DNA of 64,000 nucleotides from Candidatus Margulisiibacteriota bacterium (GCA_050250935.1 JBFWNS010000003.1:32001-96000), one strand, 5' to 3'. Shown: positions 47,993 through 58,887, counted from the first letter of the stretch. The notes: a model not told the origin generated them from the sequence alone. Translations and numbers: made by a program.

Positions 47993-48739
47993 ATGTTTAA
48001 AAAAATGATGATGGTAGCGGTGTTGGTTGGGATGTTGTCGGTGTCGGTGTTTGCGGCTGAGTTTGGCTATGTGACCGTGGTGACGGGCGAACCCCAGGCT
48101 AAAATTTATTTGGATGGCCAAATGGTGTCCCAAGAATACATTCGCCGGTATCCGGTTGAAGTGGGTGAGCATTACATTCGCATCGACTATCAAGGCAAAG
48201 TGATGTACGCCGAAAAAATTTCGGTTAAATCCGATCAAAACGTGATTGTGAACTCCGATAATTTTGTGGATTTGCGAACCAATGTGGCCAGCCGAGGTGC
48301 TATCGATCGGGAAACCCGACGCTTGCAAGAGGTTAAAGGCAACTGGGGTTTTGGGGTGACGGGTGGTTTGAACTATCCCGCTTCTGGCATCAGCTTAAAG
48401 TGGTTTCCCTTGGATTTTCTGGGTGTTCAAGTTTCGGGCATGGGCAACTTGAATATTGGGGGTAAAACACTGTCTAGCGCCGGAGGACGCGTGATTCTTC
48501 CTTTGGGCAAGCGTGTGTTGTGGAATTCGGTCTTGACCGGTTTTGCAACCGTGGGTTACGCCAAAAACGTCAGCGATGGCGCGGGTGTGGACAACTATGG
48601 CGCCAGCATTGGACTGGAATGGGCACCGTTTGATCCTGTCTATTTTTCTGGAGAAATTGGCGGGGTTTACCAATTGCAAGCCAATGGCGACAAAACCTTT
48701 GGAACCGGGCTTGCTGTTGGGGTGCATGTTTATTTCTAG
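47993..48739 (+). CDS. Paralog of the preceding PEGA/beta-barrel protein
   Basis: Shares SDNFVDLxTN.xSRGAIDRE.RRL.E; ends HVYF; AAGGAG SD. Confidence 0.75.
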   Translation: MFKKMMMVAVLVGMLSVSVFAAEFGYVTVVTGEPQAKIYLDGQMVSQEYIRRYPVEVGEHYIRIDYQGKVMYAEKISVKSDQNVIVNSDNFVDLRTNVASRGAIDRETRRLQEVKGNWGFGVTGGLNYPASGISLKWFPLDFLGVQVSGMGNLNIGGKTLSSAGGRVILPLGKRVLWNSVLTGFATVGYAKNVSDGAGVDNYGASIGLEWAPFDPVYFSGEIGGVYQLQANGDKTFGTGLAVGVHVYF

Positions 48740-49984
48740 CTAGTCTATCCTAACGCTTCTAAAATCGTTAGGGTCGGTGGTGTACTGGGGGGATTGTTGT
48801 TGGGCGTTGGTTTTCCAGCGCCCACCGTGGAGCAGTCGCAGGGCAGGGCCTAGGGTTTTGCTGCCGAATTTTGAATTGATGCGATCCATGGCCGTCATTA
48901 AGGCTTTGTCCGAGGGCTTTGTGGGCTCAAAAAGATGCTGCTGGTGTTCGTCTTCGGGGTGAAGATCGAATAGCATCACCCCAGATTTGGCATAGGACAA
49001 TCCTGGTATAAAAAGCTTGTCGAGGGCCTGTGTGGCTTGCTGGGTTAAAACCAGGGTGGATTGGCTGGCTTCGGGCAGGGTCACCACAGCCGAGAGGACT
49101 TGTCGGGTGGGTTTGAACCGGTCGGCCATCACAAAAACGGTTAAGCCCCCACAACATTGGCGTTGTTTGCGAAGTTGTTTGGCCGCACTGTGCAGGTTGT
49201 TGCAAAGCGCCGAGGCCAGGTCTTCTTTTTGGCTTAATTTTTGCCCAAAGCTGCGAGAGCTAAGGATAGATTGGGTGGTAGAACTGGATTCTTCGAGTTC
49301 GAAGCAGGCTTGTCCTTTGAGTTCGTATTGAACCCGTAGACCCGGTGTTTTGAACAGTTTTTTTAAAAGGGTTTCGTCGCAGTCCCGATATTGTTTGGCC
49401 GTGCGAATGCCATAACCCAACAGTTTGTCGGCCATGCGGCGGCCGATTCCCCAAACGTCTCGGGCTTCTAGGCTACCCAGAAGCTCGTCTAAATTTTCTT
49501 TGGCTATGTCGGCGACGCCTGTACCCTGCTTTTTTGCCAAATGGTTGGCCACTTTGGCCAGGGTTTTGGTGGGGCCAAATCCGATACTAATGGGAATGCC
49601 CAATTGTTTTTGAAGGGTGTTTTTAATGGTTTGACCCAGGGCTTCGGTATCTGTGTTTTCGGGGAATTGCAAAAAGGCTTCGTCGATGGAATAGGGCTGA
49701 AAATCTGGGGAAAAGGTGCTTAAAATGTGCATCATGCGTCTGGAGATGTCGCCATATAACATAAAATTAGACGAAAATAGGGTTACGTTGTGTGCCGTAA
49801 ACGCTGCTTTGTATTTAAAAACAGGGGCCCCCATGGGAATGCCCAGGGCTTTGACTTCGTTGGATCGGGCAATGATGCATCCGTCGTTGTTGGACAACAC
49901 CGCCACCGGTTTTTGAAGCAGATCTGGCCTAAAAATGCGCTCGCAAGAGACAAAAAAATTGTTCCCGTCCACCAAGGCAAACAT
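48740..49984 (-). CDS. umuC: Y-family DNA polymerase V catalytic subunit
   Basis: LVDGNNFFVSCE, LSNNDGC, YSIDEAF, KTLAK, VWGIG, SPQYTT. Confidence 0.95.
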   Translation of the reverse strand: MFALVDGNNFFVSCERIFRPDLLQKPVAVLSNNDGCIIARSNEVKALGIPMGAPVFKYKAAFTAHNVTLFSSNFMLYGDISRRMMHILSTFSPDFQPYSIDEAFLQFPENTDTEALGQTIKNTLQKQLGIPISIGFGPTKTLAKVANHLAKKQGTGVADIAKENLDELLGSLEARDVWGIGRRMADKLLGYGIRTAKQYRDCDETLLKKLFKTPGLRVQYELKGQACFELEESSSTTQSILSSRSFGQKLSQKEDLASALCNNLHSAAKQLRKQRQCCGGLTVFVMADRFKPTRQVLSAVVTLPEASQSTLVLTQQATQALDKLFIPGLSYAKSGVMLFDLHPEDEHQQHLFEPTKPSDKALMTAMDRINSKFGSKTLGPALRLLHGGRWKTNAQQQSPQYTTDPNDFRSVRID

Positions 49985-49987
49985 GGG

Positions 49988-50410
49988 CTATACGGGCTTG
50001 TGAATCACAAAGGTGACGATGCCCCAGATGACCATCTCGTCGTTGGGAGAAATCACAACAGGAGGGAAGGCTGGGTTTTCGGAACGCAGTTCCCAATGCC
50101 CGTTTGAAATCGACAACCGTTTGACCAACAGTTCGCCATTTAAAGCGGCAATGACGATGCGTTTGTCGGTGGCTGCCAAGCTGCGATCCACCACCAAAAT
50201 GTCCCCATCTTGAATGCCGGCATCCTTCATGGATTCTCCGGAGGCGCGAACAAAAAAAGTAGCCGCGCTGTTTGGGGCTATCCAAGCGGACAAATCCAGA
50301 CTGGTTTGGGAAAAGTCGTCGGCATGAGAGGGAAAGCCAGCTGGTACTTGTTGGTCCATCAGCGGGGCAATGAAGGTCGATGGGGTTACATTAAGAAGGG
50401 TTGCGTTCAT
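49988..50410 (-). CDS. umuD: UmuD (S24 autopeptidase)
   Basis: AG|FPS cleavage site, GESM Ser, VKRL Lys; ATG 50410. Confidence 0.93.
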   Translation of the reverse strand: MNATLLNVTPSTFIAPLMDQQVPAGFPSHADDFSQTSLDLSAWIAPNSAATFFVRASGESMKDAGIQDGDILVVDRSLAATDKRIVIAALNGELLVKRLSISNGHWELRSENPAFPPVVISPNDEMVIWGIVTFVIHKPV

Positions 50411-50427
50411 GGATTTGTGTTGTGTTT

Positions 50428-52383
50428 TTAATGGGATTGGCCAGCCTGTGATGTTTGCGCAGTAGGACTTTCTGATTCTGCCGCAGCTGGTGGGGCATTT
50501 GCTGCTAGAACCCATTCTTTGTGTTTGGCGATGGTTTCGTCAAGCAATAGTAACTCTGTTTGGCACTTTTCTGGAAAGTATTTTGCTTGAAAGGCTTTGC
50601 ACCCCTGCTGAATTCGTAGGCCCAGTGCAAAGGCTTTTCTGGGTGGTAGCTGAATCATTTGACTTAAGGATTGTTTAATAAATTCAGAAACTGTGGGTGC
50701 CATCCTAACCAAATCGGGGCAGAGTTCCTTTGTGCCAATACTGTACAACAGTGCTGCCGTTGCCTGTATGGTGGCTTCCGCTTCGCTTGGGCTTTGGTGT
50801 TCGATTAGGGCAACACCGTTTAAAACTTGTGCAAATCGAACAAAGGATCCAAACGTTGTGCTATAGGTCGCCTCGTTTTGTGCGCCAAGATCGTAGCCTC
50901 TTTTAAGCAGGGCAATGTCTAGTTGGGTGTACTGAGTTCGGACACATATTCTGGGGATCATGGTGTGTCCCATGGCAATGTCCATCGACTCTTTGGAACA
51001 GCGAAGATAGGCGATCAGCGTGTTGAAGCCGTCTCTGTAGTTGGAATAGCCGAGTGTTTCGGATAAATCCTGGGTACTTGTTGTTCTGTCCTGAAAAATC
51101 TGGAGTTGCTTAAGAAAGAATATCCTTAAATGAGGTTCTATGGTGTCTTTGTTTCGGGAAGGGAAAATTTGGGGGAGGAGCAGCAGGGTTTCTAGAACGG
51201 CTTCTTGGGCGCAGGGTTGGAGTTGGGGATGGAATTCAATCAGCAACCGGCTGAGCATAAAGACACCCCGGCTTGGGTTATTTTGACGCTCGGTCTCTAC
51301 AGGTGATTGGAGTTGTCTTAAAGATAGAGATAGTTGATCTAGAACCCAAAGGAACGTTTCTTCGTTGTCTTGATTGAACGCTGTTGTAAGCAAAGAAAAA
51401 GACACGACAAGCAATTGATGAATCAGTCCTTTGAAGGTATCGTCTCTTGTTGAAGCATATTCGGGACGGGTTACCAAGGCACAAAGCACTTTAAAAGTGC
51501 CTTCCTGTGCACTGTCTTGAAATTTGTAGACTATTTTGTAGGCCAGGGCTAAGTTTGTATCTTTCAAATTGGGTAGAGTTTCTAGGGCCAGTGCAATTTT
51601 GTTTAGTTCATTATTCGTCGCCGGTTTTTTTAGTTTTGAAAATTTTTCTAGGCAGGTTTTTAGCTCCCCTTCGGTTTGAATGGGGATTTTGAGTTCAATA
51701 ATTCTTTGGATGTCTTGAACTAGGCGTGTTTTTTTTGGGGGGACCTTCATTTTTAGTACTTCAAGGGCTTCGGGTTCTAATCGTGGTACGAGAGGATCCC
51801 AAATTAGGGTTAGTTTAAAGTCTTTTGCTGTTAGAGCGGCTGCTCCAAGAACGATGGCTTTGGATACGTTTAAAAAAAATCCATTATTGGCTGTATTAAT
51901 TAACTGACTGTTGTCATCGAGTATTTTTAAGATGTTTGGAATGTCTTGGGGATTGAGATAACAAAGCAGCTCGATTTCCAACAAAAGGACTTCGTCAGGT
52001 TTAGGGTGTAGGGTTCCGAGTTTGTCACAAAAATGATAAACCAGTGCGATGGTTCCTGCAGCAGCTTCTTGCCAAGGCAGTTTTCGAATCTGTTTAACGT
52101 AGAGGGCCCAGCGTTTTTCCTTTTTTATGTCACAACGGTTGATGGCCGTGGCCAGTAAACGTTCTCTGTAAGTGTTTAGAGGCTTTTTATGCTCGATGGC
52201 CCAATCTAGGGTTTCAACAATCGCCTCTGCTGGCACAGGTTCTTGTTTTTTAAGGTGCTCTTGTAGGGTTTTAAAACAAGTTCTCAGAAAATACGCACTT
52301 GCTCTTGCAAAAGTTTTGTCGAGACTGGCCATGGTGGAGACCGATGGCGTCACTTCTGGGACCGAAAGCCATTTGTGATGCAT
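50428..52383 (-). CDS. Large hypothetical helical protein (651 aa)
   Basis: Long ORF, Leu-rich, low-complexity C-terminal tail; no family recognised. Confidence 0.75.
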   Translation of the reverse strand: MHHKWLSVPEVTPSVSTMASLDKTFARASAYFLRTCFKTLQEHLKKQEPVPAEAIVETLDWAIEHKKPLNTYRERLLATAINRCDIKKEKRWALYVKQIRKLPWQEAAAGTIALVYHFCDKLGTLHPKPDEVLLLEIELLCYLNPQDIPNILKILDDNSQLINTANNGFFLNVSKAIVLGAAALTAKDFKLTLIWDPLVPRLEPEALEVLKMKVPPKKTRLVQDIQRIIELKIPIQTEGELKTCLEKFSKLKKPATNNELNKIALALETLPNLKDTNLALAYKIVYKFQDSAQEGTFKVLCALVTRPEYASTRDDTFKGLIHQLLVVSFSLLTTAFNQDNEETFLWVLDQLSLSLRQLQSPVETERQNNPSRGVFMLSRLLIEFHPQLQPCAQEAVLETLLLLPQIFPSRNKDTIEPHLRIFFLKQLQIFQDRTTSTQDLSETLGYSNYRDGFNTLIAYLRCSKESMDIAMGHTMIPRICVRTQYTQLDIALLKRGYDLGAQNEATYSTTFGSFVRFAQVLNGVALIEHQSPSEAEATIQATAALLYSIGTKELCPDLVRMAPTVSEFIKQSLSQMIQLPPRKAFALGLRIQQGCKAFQAKYFPEKCQTELLLLDETIAKHKEWVLAANAPPAAAESESPTAQTSQAGQSH

Positions 52384-52454
52384 GATGCATAGGTATCGGG
52401 TTTAAGTCCAAAAAATTGCAAACAAAGCGGCAAAGACCCGATTCGTATTTAAAC

Positions 52455-53165
52455 TTAAAACGAAAAATTCAAAGAGATATGGGCTCCAAATTCTACCAAG
52501 GGCATCGTGCTATTGGGGATCAGGGAATTTACAAGGGCTTCTACACCGGCTTCTGCAAAAGGGACCTTTGCCCCGGCACCCAACGCGACTCGGACAAAAT
52601 TTTGGTCGGGTTGTCCGCCAACGGCATCTTTGATGGTGGTGTTTAAGAGAGCGGCGGATAGGTAGGTTCCCTCTTTTTTGTTATTGGTGTAGGGATGGTT
52701 AAAGATCTGTGCGCCGATTCCAAAAACGGTTCGGTTTTCAACCGAATTCACCACAATATCGGTGCCACCGTCGATGCGTTTGATGTCCGTTTGGCCGGTT
52801 CTGCCCAGCACAAAAATTCGAATTTCTCTGGCGTCTGAATCGAAGCGAAAGGGAATATAGTCCACCGAATAGGTGTTTTGAATGTACGAGGTTCGGTTTG
52901 TTTTCACGGAGTTGTTCAACAGGTGAACCTCGTCGCTATTGTAAACCCAGTTGTTCCACCCATAGCCAACCACCAGATTGTCGACACCGATGTTTAGGGT
53001 ATATCGGGGATAGCCATCGAGTGCCAGCGCGGGGTCAAACCCGTATCCGCCTTTGATGTAAACCTCTTGGGGCGCTGGCAATGCATGGAAGGCCTGAATG
53101 GGGAGGGCCAGCATGACAACAAACACCAAGAGGCTTAAGACAGTCTGGGTTTTAAAGGGTTTCAT
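52455..53165 (-). CDS. Secreted protein, probable outer-membrane beta-barrel
   Basis: Signal peptide; amphipathic strands; C-terminal SLNFSF. Confidence 0.6.
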   Translation of the reverse strand: MKPFKTQTVLSLLVFVVMLALPIQAFHALPAPQEVYIKGGYGFDPALALDGYPRYTLNIGVDNLVVGYGWNNWVYNSDEVHLLNNSVKTNRTSYIQNTYSVDYIPFRFDSDAREIRIFVLGRTGQTDIKRIDGGTDIVVNSVENRTVFGIGAQIFNHPYTNNKKEGTYLSAALLNTTIKDAVGGQPDQNFVRVALGAGAKVPFAEAGVEALVNSLIPNSTMPLVEFGAHISLNFSF

Positions 53166-53167
53166 AA

Positions 53168-53722
53168 CTAGACTTGAATGATTTCCTTGATTTCGGGAAT
53201 CTCTTCGCGAAGTCGGTTTTCGATGCCCATCTTAAGGGTTAAAACCGAGCTGGGGCAAGAGCTGCAAGCGCCTTGAAGTTGCAAGGCAACCACACCGTCA
53301 TCATAGCTTTCGAAGCTGACGTCGCCGCCGTCCATGGCAATGGCTGGGCGAATTTCGTTGTCTAAAATGGCTTTGATTTTTTGAACAATTTCGTCGTCTT
53401 CAGAGGGGCCGCTGTTGAGGCTGTCCAGTTTTTCTTGGGAAATGGGGGCAATGTCGCTGTCCAAAACGGTTTTGATGACATCGGTAACCGGTTCGACCAA
53501 TTTGGCCCAGTCGGTGTCGTTGGTTTTGTTGACCGTCACAAAGTAGGGCCCAACCATGACCCCACAAACACCGTCGATGGCCCAGAGTTGTTCGACCAGG
53601 GGCGAGCCTTTGGCTGAATCGGCAAAGGGAAAGTCCAAGGCTTTTTGGGGGATGATTTGTTTATCCACAACGAATTTTAAAGCGTTGGGGTTGGGGGTAA
53701 TTTGGGCTGAGATGTTTAGCAT
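53168..53722 (-). CDS. Nfu/NifU-type Fe-S carrier (Nfu_N + NifU domains)
   Basis: TPNPNALKF, IRPAIAMDGGD, GACSSCPSS CxxC. Confidence 0.93.
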   Translation of the reverse strand: MLNISAQITPNPNALKFVVDKQIIPQKALDFPFADSAKGSPLVEQLWAIDGVCGVMVGPYFVTVNKTNDTDWAKLVEPVTDVIKTVLDSDIAPISQEKLDSLNSGPSEDDEIVQKIKAILDNEIRPAIAMDGGDVSFESYDDGVVALQLQGACSSCPSSVLTLKMGIENRLREEIPEIKEIIQV

Positions 53723-53725
53723 TTA

Positions 53726-53870
53726 TAATCACAAATGCGCAGCATTTGTGGGTCGGAAGCTTGAAGTAAATTCAAGCTTCCTCCCGCTGCGCGTCCTTTT
53801 TTTGAGATGTCACAAAACTTGGGTTTTGTGGTTTTTTGAGTGGAAAGTTGAATTGGATTCAAGCTTCCGG
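53726..53870. repeat. Composite hairpin element (68-bp core plus degenerate second set of hairpins)
   Basis: Core 53726-53793 is 67/68 identical to 59287-59354; degenerate hairpins CACAAAAC/GTTTTGTG (53811-53830) and GGAAAGTTGAA/TTCAAGCTTCC (53842-53868). Confidence 0.85.
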
Positions 53871-53875
53871 CTCGG

Positions 53876-54325
53876 TTATTCGGTGGAGATTTCACCTCCG
53901 GTTGTTAGGGCTTTTTCTAGGGCTCGCCAGATGAGGGTCGCGCATTTGACACGAACAGGATAGTTTTTGACGGTTTCAAAAATCTTTAGGGAGCCCACGC
54001 CGGTTCTGGCGGCTTCTGGGCTGGGGTCTTGGGTTAAGAGGTCAATAAAATGGTCTTTAAGGGCCAGTATTTCGTCTGGGGTTTTGCCCAGGGCGGTTTG
54101 GGTCATTAAAGAGGCGCTGGATTTGGAGATGGCGCATCCGCTGCCTTGGAATCCCAGGTCCACAATGCGGTTGTCTTCTATTTTTAAATAAAGCCAATAA
54201 TCGTCCCCACACAAGGGGTTTTTGCCATGGGCAACATGGGTGGGATAGTCGACTTCTTTGAAGTTTTTGGGGTTCTTGTTGTGAACCAGTACGGTGTCTT
54301 GATACAGCTGTTCTAGGCGACTCAT
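53876..54325 (-). CDS. sufU: SUF system sulfur transfer/scaffold protein
   Basis: NPLCGD, GCAIS, RVKCATL. Confidence 0.93.
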   Translation of the reverse strand: MSRLEQLYQDTVLVHNKNPKNFKEVDYPTHVAHGKNPLCGDDYWLYLKIEDNRIVDLGFQGSGCAISKSSASLMTQTALGKTPDEILALKDHFIDLLTQDPSPEAARTGVGSLKIFETVKNYPVRVKCATLIWRALEKALTTGGEISTE

Positions 54326-55521
54326 AAAAACAATTCCTTAACCCGGTGAATGGCGGCAACGGCGGCGTCGCAATCGCTACTATCATTGTACACCCCAAAG
54401 GAAATGCGGGCAGTGGCGGGCAGATTGAGTAATTTCATTAGGGGTTGAGCGCAGTGATGTCCAGCCCGAATGGCGACATTACAATCATCAAAAATGGTGC
54501 CAATGTCGTGGGGGTGAACCCCATCGATGGTAAAGGAAATGACCCCAGATTGTTGATTGGGGCTGCCAACCAGTCGAACCCCTTCGATGGCCGACAATTT
54601 GGCCTTGGCTTCTTGAAGCAGGCTTTGTTCGTGGGCATAAAGGGTCTCAAACCCTATGTCCCCCAAAAAATCCAACGCCGCGCCCAGCCCAACGGCCTCG
54701 GCAATCGCCGGGGTTCCTGCTTCAAATCGGGCAGGGGTTTGGGCATAGGTGGCGGATTCGTAGGTGACGGTTTCGATCATATCCCCGCCCACTTGGTAGG
54801 GGGGCATGGCATCCAATAGGGCTTGTTTGCCGTATAAAACCCCAATGCCTGTGGGGCCATAGAGTTTGTGGCCAGAAAAAACATAAAAATCGCAACCAAG
54901 GGCTTGGACATCGACTTTTAAATGGGGGACGGCTTGTGCCCCGTCGATCAAAACGGTTGCGCCCACCGCTTTGGCATGGGCTGTCATGGCCTGAATGGGC
55001 AAAATGGTGCCAATGGCGTTCGAAACGTGGGTTAAGGCCACCACTTTGGGGCGGTAGTCTCGCAACAGTTGGGCATAGGCGGCCAAATCGATATCGCAGG
55101 TGTCGGTAATGGGAATAATGCGCAGGGTGGCGCCTGTGGCTTTGGCAACTTCTTGCCAGGGAATCAGATTGGCGTGGTGTTCCAAGGCCGTCACCAGAAT
55201 GGTGTCTTCGGGTTTCAGCAAGGGTTTGGCATAGCTTGTGGCGACCAAATTAATGGCCTCTGTGGTTCCCCGGACAAAGACAATTTCCTTTTCAGAAGCG
55301 GCGCCCAAAAAGCGTTGAACTTTTTGACGGGCCAAATCGTAGGCGACGGTGGCGTCTTGGCTGAGCTGATACACCCCGCGGTGGATATTGGCAAAAGAGC
55401 TTTCATAAAACCGTGTCAGTGCCTCAATAACCACCTTGGGTTTTTGGGTGCTGGCCCCACTGTCCAAAAAATGGAGGGTAGGGTGATGTTCAAAAACGGG
55501 GAAAGCTTTTTTGAAGTTCAT
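54322..55521 (-). CDS. sufS: Cysteine desulfurase
   Basis: DSGASTQKP, ANIHRG, SGHK, RAGHHCAQP. Confidence 0.96.
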   Translation of the reverse strand: MNFKKAFPVFEHHPTLHFLDSGASTQKPKVVIEALTRFYESSFANIHRGVYQLSQDATVAYDLARQKVQRFLGAASEKEIVFVRGTTEAINLVATSYAKPLLKPEDTILVTALEHHANLIPWQEVAKATGATLRIIPITDTCDIDLAAYAQLLRDYRPKVVALTHVSNAIGTILPIQAMTAHAKAVGATVLIDGAQAVPHLKVDVQALGCDFYVFSGHKLYGPTGIGVLYGKQALLDAMPPYQVGGDMIETVTYESATYAQTPARFEAGTPAIAEAVGLGAALDFLGDIGFETLYAHEQSLLQEAKAKLSAIEGVRLVGSPNQQSGVISFTIDGVHPHDIGTIFDDCNVAIRAGHHCAQPLMKLLNLPATARISFGVYNDSSDCDAAVAAIHRVKELFL

Positions 55522-56684
55522 AGGTGTTTAAGTCCGGCATGGACGCGGGCTTCCAGTGCCTCTCGAACGCCAGCGATGGGGATGGTTTCGATGATTTCTT
55601 CGGCGAATCCATAGGTTAATAAGGCCTTGGCTTCGGCTGCAGAAAGGCCGCGACTGGTTAAATAGAACACCTCGTGATCCGAAATTTGGCCAACAGTTGC
55701 GCCGTGTCCGCATTTTACATCGTCCGCGTCGATGACCAATTGGGGTCGGGAATAGGCCCTTGCTGTGTCCGAAAAAACCAAGGTTTTGTTGGATTGAGAC
55801 GAATCTGTTTTTTGGGCGTCTCTGTGAACGCAAACCAAGCCGTTAAATTCGGAGGTGGCGTTGTCGGATAAAATTTGTTTAAACAATTGTGTGCTGGTCC
55901 CTTCGCCAATGAAATGGTTCAGGTGGGTGTGGATGTGGGCCGTGGCGTTGCCCGAAAGCAAAGCCAAGCCAGACCAACTGGAGCGAATGTTTTGACCCGA
56001 AAAGTTCAGTTGGGCATCAAACCGAGAGTTGCCGTTGTCTGTAAAACGGATGCCGGTTATTTGGACATCGTCTTGCAAATGAAACCGAAAATGATCCAAG
56101 GTTTTGCTTTCGGCACTTGTGGTGTTTTGAGAAACAACTGTAACCTCGCTGCCTGTGGCCGCAAACACGTGGACCAGGGCGTTTTGAATACCAGCATGGG
56201 GATGGATATTTTCGATAATCAACTGAACAGCGGCTCGGGTTTCGACTTGAACCATGACAACCGGAAACGTCACGGTGTTGGGTTGGCTGTGCTCGAACCG
56301 AATGTGTAGGGGTTCTGCAACCTGGGTTTCGGCGGTAATGTCGATAAAAACCACATCGCTGCAGTGGCTGGCAGCCAGAATGGCAAAGGGATTTTTTTCG
56401 TTCAGCAAATGAAAACGCAAGGTTTCCAGTTTTTCGGCAGCTTTGTCTTGGGCTGTGGTATAGACGGAAACGCCAGGTTGTTGGCCAGAAACCGTCACGG
56501 TGGCGGCTTCGGGGCTAACGGGGTTGGCTGTTAGTTCGGCCAAATCGAAATACAAAAAGGCATCTTGCTTAACGTTGGGTAAAGCGATGTTTTTGGCATG
56601 ATCCAGGGCTGCGGTTCGAAAGGCGGTTAAAGCAGCATTTTGGGTGGGGAGGGCTTGGGTTTCAAATAGGGTGGTGGTCGTCAT
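55518..56684 (-). CDS. sufD: Fe-S cluster assembly protein SufD
   Basis: AQKTDSSQ, PQLVIDADDVKCGHGATVG, FYLTSRG. Confidence 0.93.
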   Translation of the reverse strand: MTTTTLFETQALPTQNAALTAFRTAALDHAKNIALPNVKQDAFLYFDLAELTANPVSPEAATVTVSGQQPGVSVYTTAQDKAAEKLETLRFHLLNEKNPFAILAASHCSDVVFIDITAETQVAEPLHIRFEHSQPNTVTFPVVMVQVETRAAVQLIIENIHPHAGIQNALVHVFAATGSEVTVVSQNTTSAESKTLDHFRFHLQDDVQITGIRFTDNGNSRFDAQLNFSGQNIRSSWSGLALLSGNATAHIHTHLNHFIGEGTSTQLFKQILSDNATSEFNGLVCVHRDAQKTDSSQSNKTLVFSDTARAYSRPQLVIDADDVKCGHGATVGQISDHEVFYLTSRGLSAAEAKALLTYGFAEEIIETIPIAGVREALEARVHAGLKHL

Positions 56685-56689
56685 AAAAA

Positions 56690-57427
56690 TTACCTTGCGT
56701 AGCCTTTTTCTTCCAATTCCAAAGCCAGGGATTTGTCCCCAGATTGAATAATGCGTCCATCGGCCATCACATGAACAATGTCAGGAACAATGTGGTTCAG
56801 AAGGCGTTGGTAGTGGGTAATCACCAAAAAGGCATTGTTTTGGGTTCGCAATTCGTTCACCGCAGTGGCCACGATGCGCAGAGCGTCGATGTCTAGCCCC
56901 GAATCGGTTTCGTCGAGAATGGCCAATTTGGGTTCCAGAACAGCCAGTTGTAAAATTTCGTTGCGCTTTTTTTCGCCACCAGAAAACCCGTGGTTCACGG
57001 ACCGTTCCAAAAAGGTGTCGTCCATTTCGACCAATTTGGCCTTTTCTTGCAACAGGGTTTCAAAATCCAAAGGATCAATTTCGGGTTGTCCCAGGTGTTT
57101 GCGTTTGGCGTTATAGGCCATGCGTAAAAAGCTGGCATTGTTAACCCCTGGAATTTCCACGGGATATTGGAAAGCCAAAAACAAGCCGGCCAAAGCGCGT
57201 TCAGAAGGGTCCAGATCAAAAATCGAGGTGCCTTCCAACAAAATGTCGCCCTCGGTTACGGTGTAGTCGGGGTGACCGGTAATGACTTTCGATAGGGTGC
57301 TTTTCCCAGATCCGTTGGGGCCCATGATGGCGTGAACTTCCCCTTTGTTAATGGCCAGGTTCAAGCCTTTTAAAATTTCGGTGTCCCCAATCGAGGCGTG
57401 CAGATTTTTAATTTCCAATAATGACAT
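56690..57427 (-). CDS. sufC: Fe-S cluster assembly ATPase
   Basis: [37 protein letters not shown]. Confidence 0.97.
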   Translation of the reverse strand: MSLLEIKNLHASIGDTEILKGLNLAINKGEVHAIMGPNGSGKSTLSKVITGHPDYTVTEGDILLEGTSIFDLDPSERALAGLFLAFQYPVEIPGVNNASFLRMAYNAKRKHLGQPEIDPLDFETLLQEKAKLVEMDDTFLERSVNHGFSGGEKKRNEILQLAVLEPKLAILDETDSGLDIDALRIVATAVNELRTQNNAFLVITHYQRLLNHIVPDIVHVMADGRIIQSGDKSLALELEEKGYAR

Positions 57428-57441
57428 GGTTTCTCCTTAAG

Positions 57442-58884
57442 TTATCCGACTGAATTTTCGAGTTTTAGGCTCAGTAATTGGGTGGCTTCGACGGCGAATT
57501 CGGTGGGCAATTCTTTGAAAACGTCTTTGCAAAACCCGTTGATGATGGTGGCCATGGCGTCCTCGGCTGCAATGCCGCGTTGGGCAAAATAAAACAGCTG
57601 CTCTTCGCTGATTTTAACCGTGGTGGCTTCGTGGCCTACCGTGGAGCTGCCATTGCGAACATCGATGTAAGGGAAGGTGTTGGCCGCACATTTGCTGCCC
57701 AATAACATCGAATCGCATTGGGTAAAGTTGTTGGCCCCTGTAGCCGATTTGTTCATTTGAACCAAGCCCCGGTAGGTGTTGGAAGATACCCCTGCCGAAA
57801 TACCTTTGGACACGATGGTGCTCTTGGTGTTTTTGCCAATGTGAATCATTTTGGTGCCGGTATCGGCTTGCTGGAAATGGTTGGTTAAGGCCACGGAATA
57901 GAACTCGCCAACAGACTCGTCGCCAATCAGCATACAGCTGGGGTATTTCCAGGTGATGGCCGAGCCCGTTTCGATTTGGGTCCAAGAAATTTTGGACTTT
58001 TTACCCAAACATTTCCCCCGTTTGGTTACAAAATTGTAAATCCCGCCTTTGCCGGTTTTGGGGTCGCCCGAAAACCAGTTTTGAACCGTGGAATATTTAA
58101 TTTCGGCGTTGTCCAAGGCCACCAATTCCACCACAGCGGCGTGCAGTTGGTTGGTGTCGAATTTGGGGGCTGTGCATCCTTCCAAATAACTCACCTGTGC
58201 GTTTTCTTCACAAACAATTAAGGTGCGTTCAAATTGACCACTTTCTTCGGTGTTAATCCGAAAATAGGTGGAAAGCTCCATGGGGCAGACCACATCTTTG
58301 GGAACAAAAACGAAAGACCCATCGCTAAAAACAGCGGCGTTTAAGGCTGCAAAATAGTTGTCGGTAAAGGGCACGACAGAGCCCATGTATTTTTCGACTT
58401 TGTCGGGATATTTTTCCAAGGCTTCAGAAATGGGGCAAAAAATAACACCGGCTTTCAACAGTTTTTCTTTATAGGTAGTGGCCACCGAAACACTGTCGAA
58501 AATGGCGTCTACGGCCACGTTGGCCAGCTTTTTTTGCTCCATCAACGGAATGCCCAATTTTTCGAAGGTTTTTAAAAGTTCGGGATCCACCTCGTCCATC
58601 GAGGCCAGCTCTTTTTTCTTTTTGGGTGCGGCATAATAATGAATGTTTTGATAGTCGATGGGCGGATAGTCGATGTAGGCCCATTCGGGTTCTTTTAAGG
58701 TCAGCCAATGCCGGTAGGCTTTTAGCCTAAAGTTCAGCATAAATTCGGGTTCGTTTTTTCGGGCCGAAATCATGCGGACGACTTCTTCGGAAAGGCCTTT
58801 GGGGGCGATGTCCGATTCGATTTCGGTTTTAAAACCATATTGGTATTCTTGACTGGTAATGTCTTCGATCGAGCGTTGGGCCAT
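57442..58884 (-). CDS. sufB: Fe-S cluster assembly protein SufB
   Basis: [38 protein letters not shown]. Confidence 0.97.
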   Translation of the reverse strand: MAQRSIEDITSQEYQYGFKTEIESDIAPKGLSEEVVRMISARKNEPEFMLNFRLKAYRHWLTLKEPEWAYIDYPPIDYQNIHYYAAPKKKKELASMDEVDPELLKTFEKLGIPLMEQKKLANVAVDAIFDSVSVATTYKEKLLKAGVIFCPISEALEKYPDKVEKYMGSVVPFTDNYFAALNAAVFSDGSFVFVPKDVVCPMELSTYFRINTEESGQFERTLIVCEENAQVSYLEGCTAPKFDTNQLHAAVVELVALDNAEIKYSTVQNWFSGDPKTGKGGIYNFVTKRGKCLGKKSKISWTQIETGSAITWKYPSCMLIGDESVGEFYSVALTNHFQQADTGTKMIHIGKNTKSTIVSKGISAGVSSNTYRGLVQMNKSATGANNFTQCDSMLLGSKCAANTFPYIDVRNGSSTVGHEATTVKISEEQLFYFAQRGIAAEDAMATIINGFCKDVFKELPTEFAVEATQLLSLKLENSVG

Positions 58885-58887
58885 GGG

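Noticed and set aside
48740..50410. umuDC as marker of a prophage or ICE
   Set aside because: No integrase, phage or conjugation genes nearby and host-like composition; I could not identify an SOS box
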